From Eubacteriales bacterium (GTDB lineage: Bacteria; Bacillota; Clostridia; Oscillospirales; QAKW01), in assembly GCA_045544995.1 (NCBI GenBank), contig JAZQAE010000016.1, positions 1-62,979 of the forward strand: a DNA stretch of 62,979 nucleotides, read 5' to 3'. Positions 1 through 10,547 of the stretch are shown here, piece by piece. The notes beneath the pieces were generated by a model that saw only the letters and a program-made list of their open reading frames with translations, had not been told where the DNA came from and did not search any database. Every line of letters starts with the position of its first letter. Position 1 is the stretch's first letter. Made by a program: the position numbers and the translations under genes.

Positions 1-61
1 TTTTCTTAACTTCAATTCTAATTGCTGTTGGATATTTTTTCATTCCTTTTATTCCTGGCAT
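1..61 (-). CDS. IS3-family transposase OrfA, N-terminal fragment (partial)
   Basis: ATG at 61 after GGAGG gives MPGIKGMKKYPTAIRIEVKK..., which resembles the start of an IS3 OrfA HTH; runs off the window. Confidence 0.6.
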   Translation of the reverse strand, partial: MPGIKGMKKYPTAIRIEVKK

Positions 62-67
62 AACAAA

Positions 68-102
68 ACCTCCTATGGTATTTTAATTCTACCATAGGAG
101 GT
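68..102 (-). promoter_or_regulatory. 13-bp perfect hairpin occluding the orfA RBS
   Basis: ACCTCCTATGGTA (68-80) / TACCATAGGAGGT (90-102), 9-nt loop; the minus-strand GGAGG RBS lies in the stem. Confidence 0.7.
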
Positions 103-161
103 GGCTTTTTTCTATTGTCCGTTTTTAACGGACTTGTTCACACAAGCGTCGGCTTTTTTGA

Positions 162-1998
162 TTAATAGTTTCTGACTGCGGTGGAAAGTAGAGCCCAGCT
201 TCTCGCCGGATCATATCCGGGATCAAGAATGGTTTCTTCCATCTGTTCAATCTTGTCAATGGTACCATCTAAATAACGTTCAATGGTGAGTTTGGTCGTA
301 TTCAATCGTTCTTTCAGTCCTCCCAAACGCAATTCGATAACGTCAAAACCAAAGGTCTTGTTATCGATGTACCACTCGTCACGGGCTGCTGCAATGTAGT
401 CGTTCAGTGCTTCGATCGCCGCAGGGATCCTCTCCTCAGCAATAGACTTTAAAACGTCATTTTTCTTGCCGAGGTAGGCAGTACGAATGTCGCAGGAAAG
501 GGTGGCTTTTAGTGCCAATACCCGGCAAAGGGCTTCGGCGGAAGTAAAGATATAACTGTACGGATTTTTAGGTACGTGGGAGAGCTGGTCTGCCATTACG
601 GCAAATTCATCGCCATAACTCGGTTTGATACGGAAGTCATACCAACCGCCCAAGGGATCGTTATACAAGAGGAATTTACCGCATACGTCCTTTCGTTCCG
701 TTCTGTCTACGTCGGAGAGTAGGTTGGGGTTGTCCAGGAGCAGAAAATCGTCAAATTTCACGCCGAAGGTTTCTTCAAAACGTGCCTTGACCCACTCTCT
801 GTTCTCACCATTGGCATAGCAATACTCGGCATATTGCTGAAGGGTGGGGAGGATGGAGAAGTTGGAGGCTTCGTTTCCGTTGTCGCCCCAAGCAGTGGCG
901 ATTACCATGGGGATATTTTCTTCTTTTGCAACTTTTAAATGAAAATCGTCCACTAAAAGAGAGTAGTAGTTTCTGGGACTCATAGCGCCCCATTTCCACG
1001 CTCCGCCTGCAAAAATGGTGGTGTTCTTGAATTGCTTGTGGCAATGGATCATATGCCGGAATAACGCTTCACCCTTGGTGTAATAATCCCAGTAAACCAA
1101 TTCAACCTCGGGGGACCATGTCGATGACCCGCTGCTCGATCTCACCTTCGGAAACGTAGTATTCGCCGTCAAATGCGATTCGGAAGAACATATCACTCCA
1201 GATCATGGGTTTAAAATCATATTTTTCACAGATCTTCACAACACGGTCAAGATGCTCCAGGAAAAGTTCTGATTTATCACGGTATCCGTGAAGAGACATA
1301 TACTTTCCGTTACCCATTTGATGAGCCTCATCCATACCGATATGGATCCGGTTGGTATGAAAGCAATTTCGGCAACTCTTGATCATGGCCTCGATAAATT
1401 CATAGTTTTTTTCTTCGCCGATCAAAAGGATATCGCCGACGTCGATGATATTATTGAATGATTTCCACCGAAGAGTGCCTTCCAAATGAGCAAGAACCTG
1501 CATACAGGGGATCATCTCAATGCCAAATTGGAGGGCATAGGCGTCGATTTCTTTTAGTTCATTTTGAGAGAAGCGTCCGCGCAGATATCCAAAGAAGGGA
1601 TATTCCGGTACTTCGTAGGTGTCCTCAGTATAAAGCATGAATGAGGTAAATCCCATCAACGCCAGATGGCGGATCATTTTCTTTGCGCCCTCCAAATGAA
1701 AAACGGCGTTTCTGGAACAATCCGACATCAGGCAAAGATCTTCGAAGGCGGGTGTCTCAGAATAAATGCAGTTCTCCTTGATTTTGCTCGGGAGCATCGT
1801 TAAAAGGCGGAAGAAATGGGGGATCTTATTATATTCGATGCGGATATTCTCTCCGTCTACACAAATCTTGGATTCGTTTTTGTTTGTTTCAACGGAAACC
1901 GGAATACCGTCGTCGGCAAGTTCAAAAGAGAGGTGGGGTGCGATCTCTTTTAATGGAAAATTTAGTTCATCCGGTAAGTTTTAAAAACGGATTTTCAT
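162..1998 (-). pseudogene. GH20 beta-N-acetylhexosaminidase (GcnA-like), disrupted
   Basis: GH20 motifs DCSRNA, LYTEDTY, HIGMDEA, IWSDMFF, VYWDYY, TAWGDNG. ATG at 1998 with RBS, an in-frame TAA at codon 6 (1981-1983), and a frameshift at the C5 run (1110-1114) joining ORFs 1102..1797 and 162..1196. Confidence 0.85.
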
Positions 1999-2028
1999 AA
2001 TGCTTTCCTCTATTTTTTTATTGTTGAA

Positions 2029-2093
2029 ATTATAACATGCCGAGAAAGTCAATACAAGTTTTCCTTGCAATTTAGTGTTAAAAATATTAAAAT
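2029..2093. promoter_or_regulatory. Divergent sigmaA-type promoters
   Basis: Minus: TTGTAT-17-TATAAT with TG extension (2057..2029). Plus: TTGCAA-17-TAAAAT (2065..2093). Confidence 0.55.
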
Positions 2094-2124
2094 AGATACA
2101 AAAAAGTATAAGGGAAGAGTTTTG

Positions 2125-3345
<1,221 letters not shown>

Positions 3346-3346
3346 A

Positions 3347-4018
3347 ATGGGAATTAACGTAGCAATTGATGGACCCAGTGGTGCCGGTAAAAGCACCCTT
3401 TCCAGAAAACTGGCAGAAAAATTGAATTTTATCTATGTGGATACCGGCGCATTGTATCGTACGGTGGGTCTTTATATGTATCGTCATGAGATTGCCCCTA
3501 ATGATACGGAACGGGTGCAATCCGCCCTGAAAAATATCGATGTGGGTCTGCGCTTTATCAACGGGGAACAGCACGTCTATCTAAATGGCGAAGACGTTTC
3601 CGGCGATATACGTCTGCATGAGGTGAGCCAATATGCATCTTTGGTTAGTGCGATTCCTGCCGTGCGTCAGTTTTTATTTGATACACAGCGCAAATTGGCT
3701 GCGGAGAACGACGTTATTATGGATGGCCGGGATATTGGAACCGTGGTTCTGCCGGATGCCGACGTAAAGATTTTTTTAACTGCCAGTGCAGAGGTGCGTG
3801 CCAGACGTCGTTATAACGAATTATTGGAACGAGGTCAAGAGGTGGATTTTGAGCAGATCTTAGCCGATGTCAATAAACGGGACGAGCAAGATATGAACCG
3901 TCCTGTTGCTCCGTTGAAACCGGCGGAAGACAGTGTATTGGTCGATACCTCGGATTGTACTTTCGACGAATCGTTGGCTCTGCTTTATAAGACCATTAAA
4001 GAAAGGCTTGCAACATGA
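3347..4018 (+). CDS. cmk: Cytidylate kinase
   Basis: VAIDGPSGAGKST, DTGALYR, MDGRDIGTVVLPDADVKIFL; ATG after AAGGAG. Confidence 0.97.
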   Translation: MGINVAIDGPSGAGKSTLSRKLAEKLNFIYVDTGALYRTVGLYMYRHEIAPNDTERVQSALKNIDVGLRFINGEQHVYLNGEDVSGDIRLHEVSQYASLVSAIPAVRQFLFDTQRKLAAENDVIMDGRDIGTVVLPDADVKIFLTASAEVRARRRYNELLERGQEVDFEQILADVNKRDEQDMNRPVAPLKPAEDSVLVDTSDCTFDESLALLYKTIKERLAT

Positions 4019-6003
4019 GCGTAGAAGTAATCAAACATGCCGGATTTTGTTTTGGTGTCTCCCGTGCCATTGACTTTTTGAATCAAGAGGTTGAATCAGG
4101 AAGTGCGCCGATCTATACGGTAGGACCAATCATTCATAATCCGCAGATCGTGGGAGAATTTCATGAAAAAGGCGTACAAATTGCAAACGGGGTTCGGGAT
4201 ATTCCTCAAAATGGCGTGGCGGTAATCCGAGCCCACGGAATTCCCCAAGAGGATCTTGCATATCTCAAGGAAAATAATATCCGTTTTGTAGATGCAACTT
4301 GCCCCTTTGTGGAGAAGATCCACCGAATCGTAGAGAGTGAAGCGGATAATACCGTTTTGATCGCCGGCAATCCCGATCATCCGGAAGTAATCGGAATCAA
4401 GAGTTATGGCGGCGAGCATACTTATGTCTTTAAAAATGCAGAAGAATTGGAAAAAATTGCGGAAGAAGTCCGAAGTTTTTCGTCAAAATACATAGTAGTT
4501 GTTTGGCAAACGACATTTAATTTAATCGAATTCGAAAAATGTTGCGAATTTCTCAAAAAAAACTTTGAAAATTTGAAACTTTATGATACAATATGTAAAG
4601 CAACTCAAATTCGGCAGCAAGAAACGGCTGCTTTGGCTTCAAAATGCGACGCCATGATTGTCATTGGCGGCAGGCAGAGTTCCAATACGGCAAAGCTCTT
4701 TGCGATTGCAAAAGAGGCTTGCCCCTGCTCGGTCTTGATCGAGCAAGCAAATGAGGTACCAATAAATTTATTATATAAAGAGAGGATTGGTATTGCAGCC
4801 GGGGCTTCCACACCCGTCTGTATCATCGAGGAGGTAAAACAAACTATGTCGGAACAAAATGTCAACTTGGTTGAGGAAGAATTGACCTTTGAGCAGATGC
4901 TTGAGAATTCCTTGAAAGTAATCAGTAATGGAGATAGGGTGAAAGGCATTGTTGTCGGAATCAATCCTTCTGAAGTCAAGATTGATCTTGGCGCAAAGTA
5001 TTCCGGTTTCATTACTCGGGATAATTTTTCCAATGATCCGTCTGTCGATCTGATGACCGCAGTGGCTGTTGGTGATGAGATCGAGTGCATCGCACTGAGA
5101 GTGAACGATGTGGAGGGTACTGTTGCCCTGTCTAAGAAGAAAGTAGACGCTATGGCTGGCTTTGAAAAGCTGGAAAAGGCTTGCGAAGAGAAGGAAACCC
5201 TGGAGGGTAAAGTCGTCGAAGTGACCAACGGCGGTCTGACCGTTATGATCGACGGTTCCCGTGTCTTCGTTCCTAAGTCTCTGTCCGGTAAGCCCCGTGG
5301 CTTTGAATTTGATACCATGATGAATGAGACTGTTGAACTGCAGATCGCTGAGATCTCCGTAGTTCGCGGCCGTAAGAAAGTAATCGGTTCCATGCGTGCT
5401 CTTGAGGCTGAAAAGCGCAAAGCTGCTCGTAAGGAGTTTTGGGACAATGCCGCTGTCGGCAACCGCTACATGGGCGTTGTGAAGTCCCTGACCACCTTTG
5501 GTGCATTCGTTGACCTGGGCGGTGTTGACGGTCTTTTGCATATCACCGAGATGTCTTGGAAAAAGATTAAGCATCCCAGCGACATTATGAACGTTGGTGA
5601 TGAGATCGACGTTTACATCAAGGCAATCGACGAAGAGAAGAAGAAAATCTCTTTGGGTTATAAGAAGGCAGAGGATAATCCTTTTGTTCTCTTTACCAAC
5701 CAGTATAACGTTGGCGACGTTGCAACCGTAACCATCATGAACCTGATGCCTTTCGGTGCATTCGCTCGGATTATCGATGGCGTGGATGGTCTGATCCATA
5801 TTTCTCAGATCAGCACCAAGCATATCGCAAAGCCTGCCGATGTCCTGAAGGTTGGCGATGAAGTTCAGGTTAAGATCGTAGACATCAACGAAGAAACTCA
5901 GAAGGTTGGTCTTTCCATCCGTGCTCTCTTGGATGAAGAGGCTGCTGAAGCTGAGGCTGCTCCTGCGGAAGAAGAGGCTCCTGCTGAAACTGAAGCTGAG
6001 TAA
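4015..6003 (+). CDS. ispH: Bifunctional IspH (HMBPP reductase) / 30S ribosomal protein S1 fusion
   Basis: N-half AGFCFGV, DATCPFV, TICKAT, SSNT, AGASTP; C-half four S1 repeats (FGAFVDLGGVDGLLHITE, GLIHISQ). Confidence 0.95.
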   Translation: MSVEVIKHAGFCFGVSRAIDFLNQEVESGSAPIYTVGPIIHNPQIVGEFHEKGVQIANGVRDIPQNGVAVIRAHGIPQEDLAYLKENNIRFVDATCPFVEKIHRIVESEADNTVLIAGNPDHPEVIGIKSYGGEHTYVFKNAEELEKIAEEVRSFSSKYIVVVWQTTFNLIEFEKCCEFLKKNFENLKLYDTICKATQIRQQETAALASKCDAMIVIGGRQSSNTAKLFAIAKEACPCSVLIEQANEVPINLLYKERIGIAAGASTPVCIIEEVKQTMSEQNVNLVEEELTFEQMLENSLKVISNGDRVKGIVVGINPSEVKIDLGAKYSGFITRDNFSNDPSVDLMTAVAVGDEIECIALRVNDVEGTVALSKKKVDAMAGFEKLEKACEEKETLEGKVVEVTNGGLTVMIDGSRVFVPKSLSGKPRGFEFDTMMNETVELQIAEISVVRGRKKVIGSMRALEAEKRKAARKEFWDNAAVGNRYMGVVKSLTTFGAFVDLGGVDGLLHITEMSWKKIKHPSDIMNVGDEIDVYIKAIDEEKKKISLGYKKAEDNPFVLFTNQYNVGDVATVTIMNLMPFGAFARIIDGVDGLIHISQISTKHIAKPADVLKVGDEVQVKIVDINEETQKVGLSIRALLDEEAAEAEAAPAEEEAPAETEAE

Positions 6004-6014
6004 TTTTAAAACTG

Positions 6015-6046
6015 AAAAGTGGCATGATTTTCATGCCACTTTTTTT
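6015..6046 (+). terminator. Intrinsic terminator
   Basis: AAAAGTGGCATGA-TTT-TCATGCCACTTTT followed by a T-run. Confidence 0.85.
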
Positions 6047-6056
6047 ATTTCCTCTA

Positions 6057-6085
6057 TGGACAACTATATAATATTATGTTATACT
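6057..6085 (+). promoter_or_regulatory. sigmaA-type promoter of the miaB-mutSL operon
   Basis: TGGACA-17-TATACT with extended -10 TG. Confidence 0.55.
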
Positions 6086-6118
6086 AAAATATATTATTTT
6101 ATTATGGAGTATTGTGCT

Positions 6119-7525
6119 TTGACGGAAGTTAAAAAAGTAGAAAAGCAAATAGAGCAAAGTCGGTTTGATGTGATGAGCCATGTTCGTCAACTGGTAGCAT
6201 CTGACCGCAGACCGTTGGCTTGTGTGCGGACGTATGGCTGTCAGCAAAACGTAGCAGATAGTGAGCGAATCAAAGGAATGCTCTCCATGATGGGCTATGA
6301 ATTCACAGAAGAAACTGAGTCTGCAGATCTGGTTCTTTTTAACACCTGTGCCGTTCGTGAACATGCAGAACTGAAGGTTTACGGCAATGTAGGTGCGTTA
6401 AAGTCATTAAAGGCCAAGAAACCGGAAATGCTTATCATTCTTTGCGGATGTATGATGCAGCAGGAAACGGTGCAAAATCAAATCAAAAAGAAATATAAAC
6501 ACGTGGATATTGTCTTTGGTCCTTCGCTGATTCCGCAATTGCCTCAGATGATGGCGGATGTGTTACAGGACCGTCGTAAGATCTTTACCCGAGAGGAAAG
6601 GCCGGAGATTGCCGAAGATCTTCCCATCGTTCGGGATGATGCTCATAAAGCATGGGTCTCTGTTATGTACGGGTGCAATAACTTTTGCACTTATTGCATC
6701 GTGCCTTATGTCCGTGGGCGGGAACGCAGCCGGGCAAGCCAAGAAATCTTACGTGAGGTTCGTGAACTGGTAGAAGGCGGATATAAAGACATTACGTTGC
6801 TGGGGCAGAATGTGAATTCCTATGGTAAGGATCTTCCCGGTGAGATGGATTTTTCTGATCTTCTGGTCGCCATTAATCAAATCGAAGGGGAATTCTGGAT
6901 TCGGTTTACCACCAGCCACCCTAAGGATTGCAGTACGAAGCTTTTGGACGCAATGGCCTCTTGTGAGAAGGTTTGTCACCAGCTTCAACTGCCGTTCCAA
7001 TCTGGGAGCGACAGGATCCTGCGTGAGATGAATCGTAATTATACGGCGGATTCTTATTACAGTTTGATCGAATATGCACGAAAGGTGATGCCGGACGTGG
7101 TGGTGACCAGTGACGTCATTGTCGGGTTCCCCGGAGAGACGGAAGAAGATTTCCAAGGTACTTTGGATCTTGTAGAACGGGTGCAGTTTGATAATCTGTT
7201 TACCTTTCTGTATTCTAAGCGTACGGGAACCAAAGCGGCAACCTATGAAAATCAGATCGAAGAATCGGTGAAGAAGGAACGGTTCAATCGTTTGCTGGAA
7301 CTCCAGCATGCGGTTTGCTTAAAGAAAAACAAGGAATTAGAGGGTAAAACGCTTCCCGTATACGTGGAATCGTTCAGTAAAAACGATCCCAACACCCTTT
7401 CCGGAAAAACCATGGGCGGAAAGACAGTGGATTTTGCCGGACCGGCCGAGTTGATCGGTCAATTTTGTGAAGTAACAGTGACCAAGGCTAAAAGCTGGTC
7501 CTTGGACGGAAAAATAAAGGAGTAA
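6119..7525 (+). CDS. miaB: tRNA methylthiotransferase MiaB
   Basis: TYGCQQN, NTCAVRE, radical SAM GCNNFCTYC, DVIVGFPGETEEDF, C-terminal TRAM; TTG start inferred from GGAG RBS. Confidence 0.95.
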   Translation: MTEVKKVEKQIEQSRFDVMSHVRQLVASDRRPLACVRTYGCQQNVADSERIKGMLSMMGYEFTEETESADLVLFNTCAVREHAELKVYGNVGALKSLKAKKPEMLIILCGCMMQQETVQNQIKKKYKHVDIVFGPSLIPQLPQMMADVLQDRRKIFTREERPEIAEDLPIVRDDAHKAWVSVMYGCNNFCTYCIVPYVRGRERSRASQEILREVRELVEGGYKDITLLGQNVNSYGKDLPGEMDFSDLLVAINQIEGEFWIRFTTSHPKDCSTKLLDAMASCEKVCHQLQLPFQSGSDRILREMNRNYTADSYYSLIEYARKVMPDVVVTSDVIVGFPGETEEDFQGTLDLVERVQFDNLFTFLYSKRTGTKAATYENQIEESVKKERFNRLLELQHAVCLKKNKELEGKTLPVYVESFSKNDPNTLSGKTMGGKTVDFAGPAELIGQFCEVTVTKAKSWSLDGKIKE

Positions 7526-7531
7526 ATAGAA

Positions 7532-7921
7532 ATGACTGAGATTATCGAAAAAGCAAAAGAATTAGGAGCTCTGTTGCAGAGCAGTGAGCAGATTTTGAAG
7601 TATAACGCCGCTAAGGCTGCCTATGAGCAGGATGATGCTGTACAGAAACTGGTGCAGGAATTCAATTTGCATCGTATGACGATGATGTCTCTTTCCGAGG
7701 CGGAAGAGCAGGATGCAGAGCGGATTGCCGAGGTGGAAGAGCGCATCAAAGGTGTTTATGAAAAGATCATGGCAAACGAAAAGATGCAGGTAATGCAGGA
7801 GACTGCCAAGGCTGTTGAGGAGATGATGGGTCAAGTAAACGGTGTCATTTCTTTTTATGTAACTAGCGAGGAGCCTTCAAGCTGTACTCATGATTGCTCC
7901 ACCTGCGGTGGCTGCCACTAA
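7532..7921 (+). CDS. YlbF/YmcA-family regulator with C-terminal Cys cluster
   Basis: IIEKAKELGALL helical N-terminus, miaB-adjacent position, C-terminal CTHDCSTCGGCH. Confidence 0.8.
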   Translation: MTEIIEKAKELGALLQSSEQILKYNAAKAAYEQDDAVQKLVQEFNLHRMTMMSLSEAEEQDAERIAEVEERIKGVYEKIMANEKMQVMQETAKAVEEMMGQVNGVISFYVTSEEPSSCTHDCSTCGGCH

Positions 7922-7945
7922 TTACGACGATCTGGAGGGACTCCC

Positions 7946-10543
7946 ATGGGAAAACTTTCTCCAATGATGGAGCAGTTTTTTGAAATTAAAAACCGCTATA
8001 AAGATTATATTCTTTTTTATCGGGTTGGCGATTTCTACGAAATGTTCTTTGATGATGCCGAGGCGGCATCACGGGAACTGCAATTGACCTTGACCGGAAA
8101 GGATTGCGGACTTGCAGAACGGGCACCGATGTGCGGTGTGCCGTTTCATAGCTATGAAAGTTATGCGGCAAAGTTGGTTGCCAACGGCTATAAAGTTGCA
8201 ATATGCGAGCAGGTAGAAGATCCCAAAAATGCCAAGGGTTTGGTGCGCCGTGACGTGGTCAAGGTAATTACCCCCGGTACGGTTACCCAGTCCAGTATGC
8301 TGGAAGACGATAAGAATAATTACTTGGCTTGCGTCTTTGCCGGGGAAGCATGTACTGCCCTTGCTTTTGCGGATATTTCCACCGGTGATATTGAAATGAC
8401 GGTTTTAAAGAATGCTGACCCCCAAGCGATCATCAATGAACTGGTGCGTTTTTCGCCCAGTGAAATGCTGATCAATGAACGGGGAAGATATCAGGATGCG
8501 ATCGAGTATGCTGAAGAGCGTCTTGGAACGTTGGTTACCGCCTTGACTGCCGATGAAAACCGTGGCCGTGAAACGGCTTTGATGACTCATTTCCACGTCA
8601 ACGACCTTCGTAAATTGGATATTCCGGACGAGGAGGAAGCAATTGCTTGTCTCTATTATCTCTTAGCTTATATCTCTGAGACCCAAAAATGTGATATTGG
8701 ATATCTGGACAAGCTGAAGGTCTTCCAACCGGAACAGTATATGGAATTGGACGCTGCCACACGGCGCAACCTGGAACTGACCGAGTGTATCCGCCGAACC
8801 GATAAAAAAGGAACGTTGTTTTATGTGCTGAATAAAACCAAGACCTCGGCCGGCTCTAGACTTTTGCGTACATATCTGGAACGTCCCTTGGTTAATATTC
8901 ACGATATTAACCGCCGTTTGACGGCTGTAGAAGAGTTGAAGAGCAACGTCATGTATCGTGACGATCTGCGTGAACTTTTGAAGAAGACCTACGATATTGA
9001 ACGGTTGATGACCCGTGTCATGCTGGGTACTTGTAATGCACGGGATATCAGTGCGCTGGGGCAGACCTTTGAATTGTTCCCTGCAATTAAGGAAATTTTG
9101 GCGAATTTCAATGCCGGATTGTTGCGTGATGCCAATAATAAGCTTTCCGACATGAATGATCTTTATGATCTGATCAGTGCGGCGATCGACGATAAGCTCC
9201 CCCTGACGATCAAAGAAGGAAATATTATTCGTACCGGCTATGATGCCGAAGTGGATGAATGCCGTGCTTTGGCCAACGATTCCGTTCGGATCCTACGGGA
9301 GTGTGAGGCGGAGGAGCGGGAAAAGACCGGCATCAAATCTTTGAAGATCAGTTACAACAAAGTGTTTGGTTATTATATCGAGGTAACCAAATTATATTAT
9401 GATCTGGTGCCGGAGCATTATATCCGTAAGCAGACCCTTGTGAATTGCGAGCGGTATATTACGGAAGATCTAAAAAAGCTGGAAACCAAGATCCTTTATG
9501 CCACACAGCGCTGTCAGGCCAGAGAATATGAACTATTCTGTCAGATTAGAGAAAAAGTAGGGGAACGGTTTAAGGAAATTCAGGCGGCAGCCTCTGCTTT
9601 GGCGGTTTTAGATGTTCTTGCATCCTTGGCGCAGGTGGCGCAGGAAAATAATTATGTAAACCCCGTTGTGGATGAGAGCGATGAGATTCAGATCATCGAA
9701 GGCCGTCATCCGGTGGTGGAAAGCGTTGCAAAGAATACGCTTTTTGTCCCCAATGACACCCAGTTAGATCAAGGCGATCACCGTCTTGCATTAATTACCG
9801 GCCCCAATATGGCGGGTAAATCCACTTATATGCGCCAGGTGGCGGTAATCACCTTGATGGCGCAGATCGGCAGTTTTGTGCCGGCTAAAAGCGCCCATAT
9901 CGGCATTGTAGATAAGATCTTTACCCGTGTGGGTGCTTCGGATGATCTTTCTTCCGGTCAATCCACCTTCATGGTTGAGATGACTGAAGTGGCGCATATT
10001 CTGGATCATGCGACCCCCTCATCGCTGTTGATTTTTGATGAGATCGGGCGTGGAACCTCTACCTACGACGGAATGAGTATCGCCCGTGCAGTGATGGAAT
10101 ATGTGAATAATCCTAAAAAACTCGGTGCGAAGACTTTGTTTGCAACCCATTACCATGAGTTGTGTGCACTCGGCGATCAAGGAACCGGTATTGTAAACTA
10201 CAATATTGCAGTCAAAAAACGTGGAGATGATATTATCTTCCTGCGTAAGATCGTTCCGGGCGGCGCCGATGAGAGTTATGGTATTGAAGTTGCCGCCTTG
10301 GCCGGAGTTCGTGCTGAGGTTGTGAAAAACGCAAAGAAGATCCTGCAAGAAATTGATAAATCTGAGGGTCGTCCCGTTCGTCCGCAGAAAACTGTGGTGG
10401 AAGAGGATGCGCAGATCAGCCTGAGTTATATGGAGCAAAACGCCATTATTAATCGACTGAAAGAACTGGACGTTACCACGTTGACCCCCATTGAGACAAT
10501 GGGAATTTTGTATGAATTAGCGCAAAAAGCAAAGGAGCTGTAA
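7946..10543 (+). CDS. mutS: DNA mismatch repair protein MutS
   Basis: SPMMEQF, GDFYEMF, ITGPNMAGKSTYMRQ, DEIGRGTST, FATHYHEL. Confidence 0.98.
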   Translation: MGKLSPMMEQFFEIKNRYKDYILFYRVGDFYEMFFDDAEAASRELQLTLTGKDCGLAERAPMCGVPFHSYESYAAKLVANGYKVAICEQVEDPKNAKGLVRRDVVKVITPGTVTQSSMLEDDKNNYLACVFAGEACTALAFADISTGDIEMTVLKNADPQAIINELVRFSPSEMLINERGRYQDAIEYAEERLGTLVTALTADENRGRETALMTHFHVNDLRKLDIPDEEEAIACLYYLLAYISETQKCDIGYLDKLKVFQPEQYMELDAATRRNLELTECIRRTDKKGTLFYVLNKTKTSAGSRLLRTYLERPLVNIHDINRRLTAVEELKSNVMYRDDLRELLKKTYDIERLMTRVMLGTCNARDISALGQTFELFPAIKEILANFNAGLLRDANNKLSDMNDLYDLISAAIDDKLPLTIKEGNIIRTGYDAEVDECRALANDSVRILRECEAEEREKTGIKSLKISYNKVFGYYIEVTKLYYDLVPEHYIRKQTLVNCERYITEDLKKLETKILYATQRCQAREYELFCQIREKVGERFKEIQAAASALAVLDVLASLAQVAQENNYVNPVVDESDEIQIIEGRHPVVESVAKNTLFVPNDTQLDQGDHRLALITGPNMAGKSTYMRQVAVITLMAQIGSFVPAKSAHIGIVDKIFTRVGASDDLSSGQSTFMVEMTEVAHILDHATPSSLLIFDEIGRGTSTYDGMSIARAVMEYVNNPKKLGAKTLFATHYHELCALGDQGTGIVNYNIAVKKRGDDIIFLRKIVPGGADESYGIEVAALAGVRAEVVKNAKKILQEIDKSEGRPVRPQKTVVEEDAQISLSYMEQNAIINRLKELDVTTLTPIETMGILYELAQKAKEL

Positions 10544-10547
10544 GGGA

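Larger units (their letters stand above)
1..140 (-). mobile_element. IS3-family (IS150-like) insertion sequence, left end (IRL plus start of orfA), truncated by window edge
   Basis: Minus strand from 140 reads TGAACAAGTCCGTTAAAAACGGACAATAGAAAAAAG: TG terminus, with CGGACA-TA-AAAAAAG at the same offsets as the IS end at 62698. Followed by a hairpin, a GGAGG RBS and an ATG. Confidence 0.75.

Noticed and set aside
1981-1983. In-frame TAA as stop-codon recoding
   Set aside because: TAA, TAG and TGA all terminate intact genes in this window, and the same gene has a second lesion.
4605-5823. Long antisense ORFs (285 and 350 aa) over the S1 domain; similar shadows over polC, pfkA, topA and sulP
   Set aside because: Explained by codon bias of the sense gene; no RBS or recognisable motifs.
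5906-6118. N-terminal extensions in the ORF track for miaB (also cmk, rluD, trmFO, acpP, HI0933)
   Set aside because: They overlap upstream genes, terminators or promoters; RBS-supported downstream starts fit family lengths, unlike the RnfC extension.
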